64,000 bases of DNA. It comes from a virus. Below, one piece after another: positions 19,854 through 28,620 of this stretch; position 1 is the stretch's first letter; every line of letters starts with the position of its first letter. The translations under genes and the position numbers were made by a program. Location: positions 1 to 64,000 of IMG/VR virus record IMGVR_UViG_3300010396_000042; one strand, 5' to 3'. Below the pieces are notes generated by a model. It saw only the letters and a list, made by a program, of their open reading frames with translations. It was not told the origin of the DNA and searched no databases.

Positions 19854-20327
19854 ATGAATGCGACCTCGGCCAGTGCGCCGCACGAGGCGGGCGAGGAGGA
19901 GATCGCCGCGCACCGGCAGGCTGAGAGTCACCGGTACACCATGCATTTCCCCGAGCACGGCCACCGCGAGAACGACCCGCACTACAAGGCGTTCATGCAG
20001 TTCAAACGCCGCACGCAGGGCACGCAGGCGTGGGTGTGCTACGTCGGGGCCCGCGTCGGGGCCGACTCCTGCTCCAAAGGCCCGCTGGAGATCCACCACG
20101 CGCATCTGGAGTGGTCGCTGCAGAACGCCGCCTCGGCGGCCGCGCTGCACGTGGACTTCCCCGCGATCCGGCCCGACGCGACCCAGGAGGAGATCGACGC
20201 CTGGGCCGAGTCGGACGAGAACTTCCGGATCCTGTGCGCCTTCCACCACCGCGGCCACGGCGGAGCGCACACCGCGTCGCACTCCGACTGGGAAGCCCAG
20301 CTCTACGTGCCCGGGCTGATCACCTGA
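19854..20327 (+). CDS. HNH-like hypothetical protein
   Basis: LEIHH...NFRILCAFHHRG motifs. Confidence 0.55.
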   Translation: MNATSASAPHEAGEEEIAAHRQAESHRYTMHFPEHGHRENDPHYKAFMQFKRRTQGTQAWVCYVGARVGADSCSKGPLEIHHAHLEWSLQNAASAAALHVDFPAIRPDATQEEIDAWAESDENFRILCAFHHRGHGGAHTASHSDWEAQLYVPGLIT

Positions 20328-20365
20328 TGCACTTGCTCGGGCATCGCCAGCTGCATAACGGGGCA

Positions 20366-20893
20366 CTACCGGTGCTTCTTGAGGTACTCGATAGCCGCTT
20401 CCAGCCGGGCGACATCGTCGCCGAAGCTGCCCAACCCCAGATTGCAGGCATTGCATAGAAGAGCGCCGGTCTTCCCGGTCGCGTGACAATGGTCGACCCG
20501 GGGCTTCACTTCATCAGTCCAGGCCCCTCCGCAGATGGCACATCCCGGATACTCGGCTAGCAGCCGGTCGTAATCCTCTGGTTCCAAGCCATAGCGGTAC
20601 CGGTTGTTCACGCGCTTCTGACCGGCCTGCCCGACCGCCGTCTTGGCGAACTCACGCTTCTTCCGCTGAGTGCAGGGGCGGCAGTACTGCCAGCGACCAC
20701 CTGGCTTGCTCGGCGCGGTGGTGAAGGATTCGACATCCAAGACCTGCTCACACGCGGGGCACCACTTCAAATTCGGGTCCGCCGCAAGCAGCTCGTATGC
20801 ATCTGGCGGCACCCTCTTCTTGAGCGCGGCGAGTCGAATCTTGCGTTTCGATTCCTCAGTGTGTCGCCGCCCCGCAAATGAACTTGAAGCCAC
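20366..20893 (-). CDS. NUMOD3-like + endonuclease VII putative homing endonuclease
   Basis: GRRHTEESKRKI (NUMOD3-like), YGL..CAICG, VDHCHATG..LLCNACNLGLG; antisense to the late operon. Confidence 0.85.
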   Translation of the reverse strand: MASSSFAGRRHTEESKRKIRLAALKKRVPPDAYELLAADPNLKWCPACEQVLDVESFTTAPSKPGGRWQYCRPCTQRKKREFAKTAVGQAGQKRVNNRYRYGLEPEDYDRLLAEYPGCAICGGAWTDEVKPRVDHCHATGKTGALLCNACNLGLGSFGDDVARLEAAIEYLKKHR

Positions 20894-20933
20894 CTCTGAA
20901 TCATAACCCTGATGCAGGGGTCAGTGCTGGAGG

Positions 20934-21251
20934 ATGAGGCGGATGCTAAATCAGATCCTGAACATCCTAGGCGTCACGAATCTGAGTGGACGCTGGTACG
21001 GGTTCTGGTCCGGTTTCGGCTCGGATCTCGGCGAGTTCGCGATCTTCGGTGGCCTGATCGCGGCCTATCGCAGGCACACCTGCCACGTCGATCACCCGCG
21101 GTTCTGCTGGCGACCCGGCACACATCCCGTGGCCGGAACGCCGTACCGGGCGTGCAAGAAGCACCACCCGGACATCCCGGACAAGGTCTCCGCGCACCAC
21201 ATCGCGCAGGCGCACCGCGAGCAATTCGAGCGGCTGCGCCGCCACCCCTGA
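20934..21251 (+). CDS. Small membrane protein with Cys/His C-terminus (lysis region)
   Basis: WYGFWSGFG, one TM segment, C..H..C...CKKHHP. Confidence 0.6.
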   Translation: MRRMLNQILNILGVTNLSGRWYGFWSGFGSDLGEFAIFGGLIAAYRRHTCHVDHPRFCWRPGTHPVAGTPYRACKKHHPDIPDKVSAHHIAQAHREQFERLRRHP

Positions 21252-21297
21252 CCGTCGACGGCGCACGACCCCGTCACCGCGGCGGTGGGGAGGGTGC

Positions 21298-21693
21298 GTG
21301 GGCAGCGAAGAGCCGCTGAGCAACCGCGAGATCCTCGCGAAGTTCACGGAGGTCGACAAGCGATTCGACGCGGCCCGTGACGACAAGAAGGCCGTCGACG
21401 ACCGCATCACGCGCCTCGCGCAGAACACGGTGACCAATGAGGCGTGGGCGCGGGAGAACGGCCACGTCCAGAAGGACATCGCCGAGGTCGACGCGCACTG
21501 CGAAGAACGCCACAAGATCGTCATGGAGGCGATCGGTGAGCTGAAGAAGGCGACCGACAAGTCGTTCGGCGAGCTGAAGAAGTCCATCGAGAAGCGGTCG
21601 GACCTGACCTGGCAACGGGTCATCGGCATCCTCAGCATCCTCGCGGTCCTGGCAGCCGCCTGGTACACCGCGTTGCGCCAGGGAGGACATTGA
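21298..21693 (+). CDS. Coiled-coil protein with C-terminal TM (holin/lysis accessory candidate)
   Basis: C-terminal hydrophobic helix; GGGAGG RBS; upstream of endolysin. Confidence 0.6.
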   Translation: MGSEEPLSNREILAKFTEVDKRFDAARDDKKAVDDRITRLAQNTVTNEAWARENGHVQKDIAEVDAHCEERHKIVMEAIGELKKATDKSFGELKKSIEKRSDLTWQRVIGILSILAVLAAAWYTALRQGGH

Positions 21694-22607
21694 TGACGCC
21701 CCGGCGTCCCGGCTTGTTCGGATCCCTCCTGCTGCTCTGCGGCGTGATCACCGTCGCGCTGCTCGCGTTCCTGCTGTGGGGACGGCACGGCGACACCCAG
21801 CGGCTACAGCAGGTCCAGGCCCAGCAGTCCGCCGACGCGGATCGGGTCGCGCTGCTCGCCTCAGCCGTGGCATCGGCCCGCGCGCAGTTGTTCGCCCACG
21901 GCATCTCCCCATCGGTCGCTCCCCCGCAGGAGATCATCCGCCAGGTCTCCGGGCCGCCCGGAAGCCCCGGCGTCCCTGGCGCCCAGGGACCAAGCGGCCA
22001 ACCCGGTTCCCCGGGCCCGACCGGTCCGAGCGGAGCCCCAGGAAGTCCTGGGCCGGCGGGCGCAAGCGGAGCTCCCGGTGCCCAGGGCGATCCCGGACCG
22101 GCCGGCGCATCCGGGCAGCCCGGCGTCGACGGCGCACCGGGACCGGCCGGGGCGCCTGGAGCGCCAGGTTCACCGCCCGCGGGCTGGGCCTGGACCGATC
22201 CGAGCGGCAACACCTACAGCTGCACCCCGGACAACCAACAGCCAGCCCCGCACTACACCTGCGCCCTCTCCGCCTCACCCAGCCCCACCACCACGCCACC
22301 GCCGAGCTCGCCGCCACCCACGCCCTCGAACAGTCCGGCAACCGGCACCGGCGCCAACACACCCACACACGGCACACCTACACACGGCACATCAACAAAC
22401 GGCGCCACCTCGTCAACAACCGGAGCCACGTCGCCAACTCCCGGCACGCTCGCGCCGGTGACGCCCACACCGCCGACCAGCGCGACCAGAGCGACGCCGA
22501 CGACCACGCTCGCCGCCCTCTACCGGCCGCTCGGCCCATCGCCCACCCACGGCGGAGCGCTGCTGCCCCTCCTGCTCGCCGGACCGCTCTACCGCCGACC
22601 CCAGTAA
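21690..22607 (+). CDS. Membrane-anchored collagen-like (Gly-X-Y) protein with Pro/Thr-rich tail
   Basis: N-terminal TM; uninterrupted GXY run encoded at about 21951-22180. Confidence 0.8.
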   Translation: MMTPRRPGLFGSLLLLCGVITVALLAFLLWGRHGDTQRLQQVQAQQSADADRVALLASAVASARAQLFAHGISPSVAPPQEIIRQVSGPPGSPGVPGAQGPSGQPGSPGPTGPSGAPGSPGPAGASGAPGAQGDPGPAGASGQPGVDGAPGPAGAPGAPGSPPAGWAWTDPSGNTYSCTPDNQQPAPHYTCALSASPSPTTTPPPSSPPPTPSNSPATGTGANTPTHGTPTHGTSTNGATSSTTGATSPTPGTLAPVTPTPPTSATRATPTTTLAALYRPLGPSPTHGGALLPLLLAGPLYRRPQ

Positions 22608-22618
22608 GGAGAACCGCC

Positions 22619-23683
22619 GTGGGCACCGTCACCTACGTCGCCGACATCGCCAGCCCCTACCAGCACGGCCTGCGCCTGGACTCACTGCGCCCCGACTGCG
22701 CCGCCGTCGAGCTCAAATGCACCCAGGGTGCCGGCTACCACAACCCGGACTACCCGGGCTGGCTCGCCACCGCCAGGGCGAACGCGCTGATCCCGATCGC
22801 GTACCACTACGTCGACGGCGCCGCCCCGGCCGCGCAGGCCGCCAACCTCACCGCCCGCATCCTGGATACCAGCGTCCCGGTGATGCTCGACGCCGAAGCC
22901 GGATCCGTCGGCCTGCCGCACGTCCTGGACGTCGCCGACGCCATGGCCCAAGCGCAGCTGCACCCGCGGCTGCTCTACCTCTCCCGCTCCTTCTGGCAGT
23001 CCATCGGCTCCCCCAACCTTTCCGGGCCGCTGGCGTCGCGCGGCGTGCTGCTGATCAACGCCGCGTACGCGACCTCGCGCACCGGGTCGCCCTCGCAGCT
23101 CTACCCCGGCGACACCGCCGCGGCATGGACCCCCTACGGCGGCAAGACCCCGGACCTGCTGCAGTTCACCGACCGCGCCGCCGAAGGCGGCTACCAGGTC
23201 GACATGAACGCCTACCGCGGCACCGCCGGCGCGCTCGAGCAACTGCTCGGTACCACCGCGATCGCCGGGACCGGGACCGTCATCCCCGAGCCCCCGCAGA
23301 CGGCGCCGCCGCTGCTCGTCGGCACCTGGGGCCCGCGCGTGCTAGCCATGCAGCAGGCCCTCACCTTCGTCGACTGCCCCTGCGGCCCGGACGACGGGAA
23401 GTTCGGCGCCACCACCGAAGCAGGCGTCAAACTGTTCCAGGGCCGCTACGGCCTGCAGCGCGACGGCGAATACGGACCCAAGTCCTCCGGGCGGATGGTC
23501 CAGCGCGTCGACCAGATCCAGGCCGCCCTCGCCCACGGCGGCTACGACCCCGGACCCGTCGACGGCATCCCCGGGACGCGCACCCAGGGCGCGACACGCC
23601 GAGCCCAGGCCGCCCACCACCTACTTCAGGACGCAATCGTCGGCGTGAACACCAGCCACGCCCTCGGCATCAGCTACCCGTAA
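22619..23683 (+). CDS. Endolysin: GH25-like muramidase with tandem peptidoglycan-binding domains
   Basis: DIASPYQ, KCTQG, AYHY, MLDAE, LLQFTD, DMNAYRG; C-terminal DGKFGATTEAGVKLFQ / VDGIPG repeats; AAGGAG RBS. Confidence 0.88.
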   Translation: MGTVTYVADIASPYQHGLRLDSLRPDCAAVELKCTQGAGYHNPDYPGWLATARANALIPIAYHYVDGAAPAAQAANLTARILDTSVPVMLDAEAGSVGLPHVLDVADAMAQAQLHPRLLYLSRSFWQSIGSPNLSGPLASRGVLLINAAYATSRTGSPSQLYPGDTAAAWTPYGGKTPDLLQFTDRAAEGGYQVDMNAYRGTAGALEQLLGTTAIAGTGTVIPEPPQTAPPLLVGTWGPRVLAMQQALTFVDCPCGPDDGKFGATTEAGVKLFQGRYGLQRDGEYGPKSSGRMVQRVDQIQAALAHGGYDPGPVDGIPGTRTQGATRRAQAAHHLLQDAIVGVNTSHALGISYP

Positions 23684-23742
23684 TACACTGATCACGCACA
23701 GGTTCGGTAGGTCGGCAGGCTGTACAACGCGCGCAGGTCACC

Positions 23743-23784
23743 ACGCCTCCGCCCCCGGGTAATCCCGGGGGCGGAGGCGTTTTT
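23743..23784 (+). terminator. Rho-independent terminator ending the late operon
   Basis: 17-bp perfect stem ACGCCTCCGCCCCCGGG/CCCGGGGGCGGAGGCGT followed by a T run; between convergent genes. Confidence 0.85.
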
Positions 23785-23786
23785 CG

Positions 23787-24290
23787 TCATTCCGCGGCGT
23801 GTGCGGTAAGCAGAGCTTCACGCAAAGGCAGCCACTCGAACGCTGCGGGCCCGGACCCGTCGCCGACGAAACGCACACCCGCCGACCGCAGCACCCCGAC
23901 GCTCGCCTGGAACGCGGGATGACGGCGCAGCGGTTCCTTGGCCCAGACACTCGCCACAATCGGCAGGCCAGAACACAGCAACTCATTGAGAATGCCGAGA
24001 GCCAGCGTGTCCGAAATACCAGCAGCCCACTTATTCAACGTATTGAACGTGCACGGTGCGACCGCGACCGCGTCCGCCGGAGGAAACGGGTCTGTTTCAC
24101 CAGATTGACGATATTCCGAACGAATCAGATATCCAGTGACATTCTCCACGCGCGGACGATCGATGAACCGCAACCCCATCGGAGTCGCCACGACACAGAC
24201 CTGCCAACCATCCGACTGAAACGACTCGATCGCCGCTGGAAGCTCGGCAGCGGGTGGCGCGCCCGTGGCGATCAGATAAAGCACCGGCAT
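23787..24290 (-). CDS. HFCD-family flavoprotein (CoaC/EpiD-like fold)
   Basis: VLYLIATGA, VVATP, ADAVAVAPCTFNTLNKWAAGISDTLALG. Confidence 0.85.
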   Translation of the reverse strand: MPVLYLIATGAPPAAELPAAIESFQSDGWQVCVVATPMGLRFIDRPRVENVTGYLIRSEYRQSGETDPFPPADAVAVAPCTFNTLNKWAAGISDTLALGILNELLCSGLPIVASVWAKEPLRRHPAFQASVGVLRSAGVRFVGDGSGPAAFEWLPLREALLTAHAAE

Positions 24291-24396
24291 GAATACCCTT
24301 TCCAACTCTCCAGAGTTGCAGTCTGCCCAATCCGTAGCGATCTGGCGCGCCCGTGTGCTTTCGTACAGGTAGGGATGGGGGACGGAAGGCAGCAAG

Positions 24397-25590
24397 ATGA
24401 CAGAGCAAGAGACCGACGGCCAGCGGCTGCGCCGCCTGCGCAAGCGCGCCGGGCTGACCCAGACCGAACTCGCTCAGCACCTGGACCGCTCACAGGCATG
24501 GGTCTCGTCGGTTGAGTGCGGCGACCTGGAACTCGACTCGGTGACCCTCATCAGCCGTGTCGCACGCGTGCTGAACGTCCATCCCAACGAAGTGACAGGG
24601 CGCCCGTACAACCCGGGCTCGCCCACCGAGGACCGTGGCCACGCCGCCATCGTCGCGATCCGCCGCGTCGTGCAGCGCTATGATCTGCCTCCGGACTGGC
24701 CGATCGAACCCCGGCCCATCGAGCAGTTGCGCGAAGCCGTGCGTCAGCTGACCAAGCTGCGCCGCGCCGCACGCTACGCGCACCTCGGCGAGGCCTCGCC
24801 AGACGTGCTGCGCGAGCTGCACGCGGCAGTGTGGAACGCGAGCGAGACCCAGGCCGAGGCCCTGTATGGACTGCTCGCCACCGCCTACAAGGAGGCGGAC
24901 ACCGTCGCGCACGCGCTCGGATACGACGACCTTTCCACGCTGACCACCGAGCGGTACCGGTGGGCTGCCGCGCGCAGCGGCGATGGCCGCATGGTCGCTA
25001 TCGGCGATTACCTGCGCGTGCGCGAGCTGTGGGCACTCGATCTGTGGTCCGACGCGCTCCAGGTGATCGACACCGCACTGACCCGGTTGGAGACCCCGGC
25101 CAGTCCCGCGGACCTTTCCGTGTGGGGCAGCCTGCAGCTGCGCGCCGCTATCACGGCCGCTCGCGCATGCAACGCGATGGAGGCATGGGACCGGATCCTC
25201 TACGCGGAGGACGCCGCCAGCCGTATCTCAGCCGGATTCGACCCGTACGAGCTGACTTTCAGCGAGGCCAACGTGCAGATCCACGGCGTCGCGGTCGCAG
25301 TGGAGATGCGCGACGGCGCCCGCGCCATGGAACTGGCGGCGTCCACGCGCCTGCCCTCGAGCCTGCCGCCCTCCCGGCGCGGGCACTACCACCTCGACGT
25401 TGCCCGCGGCTGCATCTACTACGGCAATTACGACCAGGCCCTTGCCGAAATCGAAACCGCCGAGCGCACCGCCCCGCTGCTCGTGCGCAACCACCCGATG
25501 GCCCACAGCGCTGTGCGAGCGCTGCAGACGAGGGAGCGTCGTTCCGGCGAACGGTTGCGGCGTATAGCCGATCGCATGCACCTGAGCTGA
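24397..25590 (+). CDS. XRE-family HTH regulator with helical C-terminal domain
   Basis: GQRLRRLRKRAGLTQTELAQHLDRSQAWVSSVECG. Confidence 0.88.
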   Translation: MTEQETDGQRLRRLRKRAGLTQTELAQHLDRSQAWVSSVECGDLELDSVTLISRVARVLNVHPNEVTGRPYNPGSPTEDRGHAAIVAIRRVVQRYDLPPDWPIEPRPIEQLREAVRQLTKLRRAARYAHLGEASPDVLRELHAAVWNASETQAEALYGLLATAYKEADTVAHALGYDDLSTLTTERYRWAAARSGDGRMVAIGDYLRVRELWALDLWSDALQVIDTALTRLETPASPADLSVWGSLQLRAAITAARACNAMEAWDRILYAEDAASRISAGFDPYELTFSEANVQIHGVAVAVEMRDGARAMELAASTRLPSSLPPSRRGHYHLDVARGCIYYGNYDQALAEIETAERTAPLLVRNHPMAHSAVRALQTRERRSGERLRRIADRMHLS

Positions 25591-25687
25591 TGCCCCCTCG
25601 GGATATCAGCCTGGCTGATAAACCCGGCGTGCGCTCGTCCTACCTTGCCAGACAGGAGCCCCGCAGCCGTGGGGCGCTTCGCGACGG

Positions 25688-26131
25688 ATGGCGAGCATGC
25701 GCGACGACGCAGCATTCCTTTCCTGGCACGGCCAGGCGGTAGTCCTCTACGACCGGTGCAGCGACCCTGACGACACGATCCTGGCCGACCGGCTGGCCGC
25801 CTGCCGCACATTCGCGCGCAAAGATTGCGGCAACGTGCTGGGTCAGTACGTCGACTACGGTCAGGCGGCGTTGTTCGACGGCCGGGATGCCGCCTTGAAC
25901 TGGGTCGACGTCGCATCGGGGCGTCCCGCGCTGCGCGATGCCATCGAGCGAGCCATTACGAGCCGCGCATGGTTGCTCGTGTGGCACCCCGACCGCATCT
26001 CCGCGTTCACCCGGTGCCGGGTACCCGTCATCGAGCGACTCGAGGGCAGGGTGCTGCGCATAGGGGGCGCGATCGTTTCGCCGTCCACGTTCCACAGCCG
26101 CTGTGCACCCACGGCCGGCGCGGCCTCATGA
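25688..26131 (+). CDS. Stand-alone serine recombinase (resolvase) catalytic-like domain
   Basis: YDRCS, SGRPAL and LLVWHPDRIS motifs; no DNA-binding domain. Confidence 0.55.
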   Translation: MASMRDDAAFLSWHGQAVVLYDRCSDPDDTILADRLAACRTFARKDCGNVLGQYVDYGQAALFDGRDAALNWVDVASGRPALRDAIERAITSRAWLLVWHPDRISAFTRCRVPVIERLEGRVLRIGGAIVSPSTFHSRCAPTAGAAS

Positions 26132-26547
26132 CGGAACGCTGCTGGCAGCCGCCGGCGGACACCGACGCGGACCGTATGGCCCGGTGGATGTGCGGCGCGG
26201 CCTGGGACCTCATCCCCGATCTGAGCACCGACGGGCACACGGTCGTGCACGCCGTCGCGAACGCTCTGGCCGATGACCTGAGCGTGAACGGCCAGCCCCC
26301 GCTCGACCTGACGGTAGAGACGACCGCCGGCGGGCTCGCGATATCCGTGACCGATGGCCGCGACTGCGACGTGCGCCGGACTCGCCCTTTGCCGCACATG
26401 GTCGAGGACATTCGGTCGCTGACCACGAGTATCACCATGCACCGCGCGTCGGGCCGCGCCGGATGCACCCTCACCGCGGCGATTCCCCTGCGCCGCGTCC
26501 GTACGCTGCGGTCGCGGTTGATGCCGCGGCGCCGAGGAAGGCCCTGA
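26128..26547 (+). CDS. Degenerate HATPase_c / anti-sigma-factor-like protein
   Basis: AVANAL, LAISVTDG, GCTLTAAIPL resemble N/G boxes; next to STAS. Confidence 0.5.
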   Translation: MTERCWQPPADTDADRMARWMCGAAWDLIPDLSTDGHTVVHAVANALADDLSVNGQPPLDLTVETTAGGLAISVTDGRDCDVRRTRPLPHMVEDIRSLTTSITMHRASGRAGCTLTAAIPLRRVRTLRSRLMPRRRGRP

Positions 26548-26549
26548 AG

Positions 26550-26927
26550 ATGGGACTGAACACCAACCCCCAAGTACTCGACGTCGGCACCCAGGAGATG
26601 GGCAAGCACGTCGTGGTCACCGTCGAGGGCGAGCTGGACGCCTACAGCGGTCCGAAGCTGCGGCAGCTGCTTATCGAGCAGAGCCAGACCGGGCATCATA
26701 CGCTGATCCTCGATCTCAGCGCCCTGAGCTTCACCGATTCCTCCGGGATCGGCATCTTCGTCGGCGCGTTCAAGCGGGCTCAGGCACGCGGTGGCGCGGT
26801 CTGCCTGCTCAGCCCGAGCGACCACCTGACGAAGCTGCTGCGGATGACCGGGCTGAGCCGCGTTTTCCCGATCTTCAGTTACCTGCAGGACGCCATCGAC
26901 CTACTCGACACCCTGCAGCCGAGGTAA
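26550..26927 (+). CDS. STAS-domain anti-sigma factor antagonist (BldG/RsbV-like)
   Basis: VEGELDAYSGPKLR, LDLSALSFTDSSGIG (phosphorylatable Ser), LRMTGLSRVFPIF. Confidence 0.9.
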   Translation: MGLNTNPQVLDVGTQEMGKHVVVTVEGELDAYSGPKLRQLLIEQSQTGHHTLILDLSALSFTDSSGIGIFVGAFKRAQARGGAVCLLSPSDHLTKLLRMTGLSRVFPIFSYLQDAIDLLDTLQPR

Positions 26928-26930
26928 CCG

Positions 26931-27191
26931 ATGGATACGGAGTTGACGACCGTCTACTACCGCAGCTGCAGCGGCATCACCGGCTGGTGGCTGCTGCCGG
27001 ACGAGGCCACGGAGCTCTTCGCCCAGAAGGCGTGCGAGGGAACCCTCGAGGAGGGCTTCGCCTACTACGGCGCCACCAGCGACGGCGCCGACCTAGTGGG
27101 CACCGTCGTCACTCCACATCCGATCGACTCGGTGCCGGCCGAGGAACGGGCGAAGCTTCAGGCTCGGCTGGCTCAGGTGGCCGCGGCGTGA
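26931..27191 (+). CDS. Hypothetical protein
   Basis: Follows STAS with GAGG RBS. Confidence 0.55.
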   Translation: MDTELTTVYYRSCSGITGWWLLPDEATELFAQKACEGTLEEGFAYYGATSDGADLVGTVVTPHPIDSVPAEERAKLQARLAQVAAA

Positions 27192-27645
27192 CCGCCGCCT
27201 CCCGCAGCCGCTCAGGCAGGGTCGCCGCAGCATCGCGCACCGCGATCGAGAACTCGCTCGCCGGGTCGTGGCCGTGCCACTCGTCGTCGTCCATCACATA
27301 AGGCCTCACGGCTCTGATACGGCAGCGCTCGAGGTCGTCCGTCGCGAGCAGCAGCCAAGCATGTCTGCCACCACCGGTCGTACGGGCACCCGTCTGACGG
27401 TGCCCCAGCCACGCTGTTAGCGCCGCCCAGATCCAGTCCTCGCCGCCGTGCACGGGTGCCCAGGCGAGGAACATCGCCTCCCTGAAGCCGCGCCTCCTGC
27501 GCGCGTCCGGATCGTCGATGTTGACGACCCGCACCAGTTGCGCGCCATGCACCTTGATCAGATGGTCCGGCGGTGGCGGAGGCGGGTCGACCAGCTCGGG
27601 CAGCGGCGGCTCGTCCACCCATCTCGATATCGGTGATTCGCTCAC
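27109..27645 (-). CDS. Hypothetical protein
   Basis: ORF with plausible globular core; convergent overlap with 26931-27191. Confidence 0.5.
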   Translation of the reverse strand: MSESPISRWVDEPPLPELVDPPPPPPDHLIKVHGAQLVRVVNIDDPDARRRRGFREAMFLAWAPVHGGEDWIWAALTAWLGHRQTGARTTGGGRHAWLLLATDDLERCRIRAVRPYVMDDDEWHGHDPASEFSIAVRDAAATLPERLREAAVTPRPPEPAEPEASPVPRPAPSRSDVE

Positions 27646-27733
27646 GCGTTCGAATCTACGCCCGGTTGCAATTGGCCGTCAAAGAGGCGACCTGCGCAAA
27701 CACCCGGATCAAGGCTGTTTTGCAGGTTGCTCA

Positions 27734-27997
27734 TCAAGGAAACCAGGGCAGCCGAAAGCCGACGTTGTGTCTGGACAGGCCGGGGTCGAACAGCGCGAGG
27801 ATCTCATCGCTGTCCGGCATCTCGATCTTGAGTCGCACCTTCGCACCGTTCTCGATCACCTCGGCTGAGCGAATCACGCCCTGCTCATACCTATCAGGCG
27901 CAACCTCGACCGGGATCCCCTTGCCGATCTGAGAGGCAAACGCATCCTGCGCGAGGCGGGCCCCCGGCCCGGCAGATTGCTCGATCACGAAGCGCAT
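27734..27997 (-). CDS. Hypothetical protein
   Basis: ATG at 27997 immediately after the upstream stop. Confidence 0.5.
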   Translation of the reverse strand: MRFVIEQSAGPGARLAQDAFASQIGKGIPVEVAPDRYEQGVIRSAEVIENGAKVRLKIEMPDSDEILALFDPGLSRHNVGFRLPWFP

Positions 27998-27999
27998 GA

Positions 28000-28308
28000 T
28001 CAGCTTCTCGGCCGGTTCATCGGGATCCCCGCGTCGATCCACGCAGCCAGGCGCTCGCGGTCGATGTCAATCACGCCTAGCTCCAGCAGCAGCGCCAGGC
28101 CCTCCGCGATGTAGCCGCGCGTCACGTCGGCGCGAGTCATGGCAGCAGTGCGGGTCATCGAGCCGGCACCGAGCTCCCACATATCGGCGGCGAAGGTCGC
28201 CACCCGCACGAGCTGCTGGTAGTCGGCGTCGTTCTCGTCCAGGGCGATGCGCGGCCATTCGAGCCCACTCATGGCGGGCACTGGCGGCTTCCCGGTCGCT
28301 TCAGTCAT
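28000..28308 (-). CDS. Hypothetical protein
   Basis: ORF in the leftward operon downstream of integrase. Confidence 0.5.
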   Translation of the reverse strand: MTEATGKPPVPAMSGLEWPRIALDENDADYQQLVRVATFAADMWELGAGSMTRTAAMTRADVTRGYIAEGLALLLELGVIDIDRERLAAWIDAGIPMNRPRS

Positions 28309-28351
28309 GGGCCCAGCGTGGCACACGCGAGAACATCAGCCCGCTGCCAAG

Positions 28352-28620
28352 TGGGAGAAATCTGGGAAGAAAATCTTGGCCATCGTTGGCCGCCGATGGC
28401 CGCTGCTGTCCACCCTTGTCCACCCATGGTGCCGTCTGATGTGCGTACTTATCGATTCCTCCCTGATCACGCGATCGCCGAAAGCCTCGTCAGAATTCCG
28501 CGCGAGGAAGTTGACGAGGCTTCCGAGGAACAACACCCGGATGGCTCTGGCCTGCTCGTTTAAACGGCACGGAGCTTGCGCCGGGGCTTCGCAGTGATCG
28601 TTTGGGAGGATTCTGGGAAG
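28352..28620. other. Putative attP region
   Basis: 16/18 direct repeats TGGGAGAAATCTGGGAAG (28352) and TGGGAGGATTCTGGGAAG (28603); 10-bp-periodic TGGCCGC and TGTCCACCC repeats (about 28387-28426); at the integrase 3' end. Confidence 0.6.

Noticed and set aside
21776-22618. N-terminal extension of the endolysin
   Set aside because: Shadow frame of the collagen-like gene; the real start has an AAGGAG RBS at 22619
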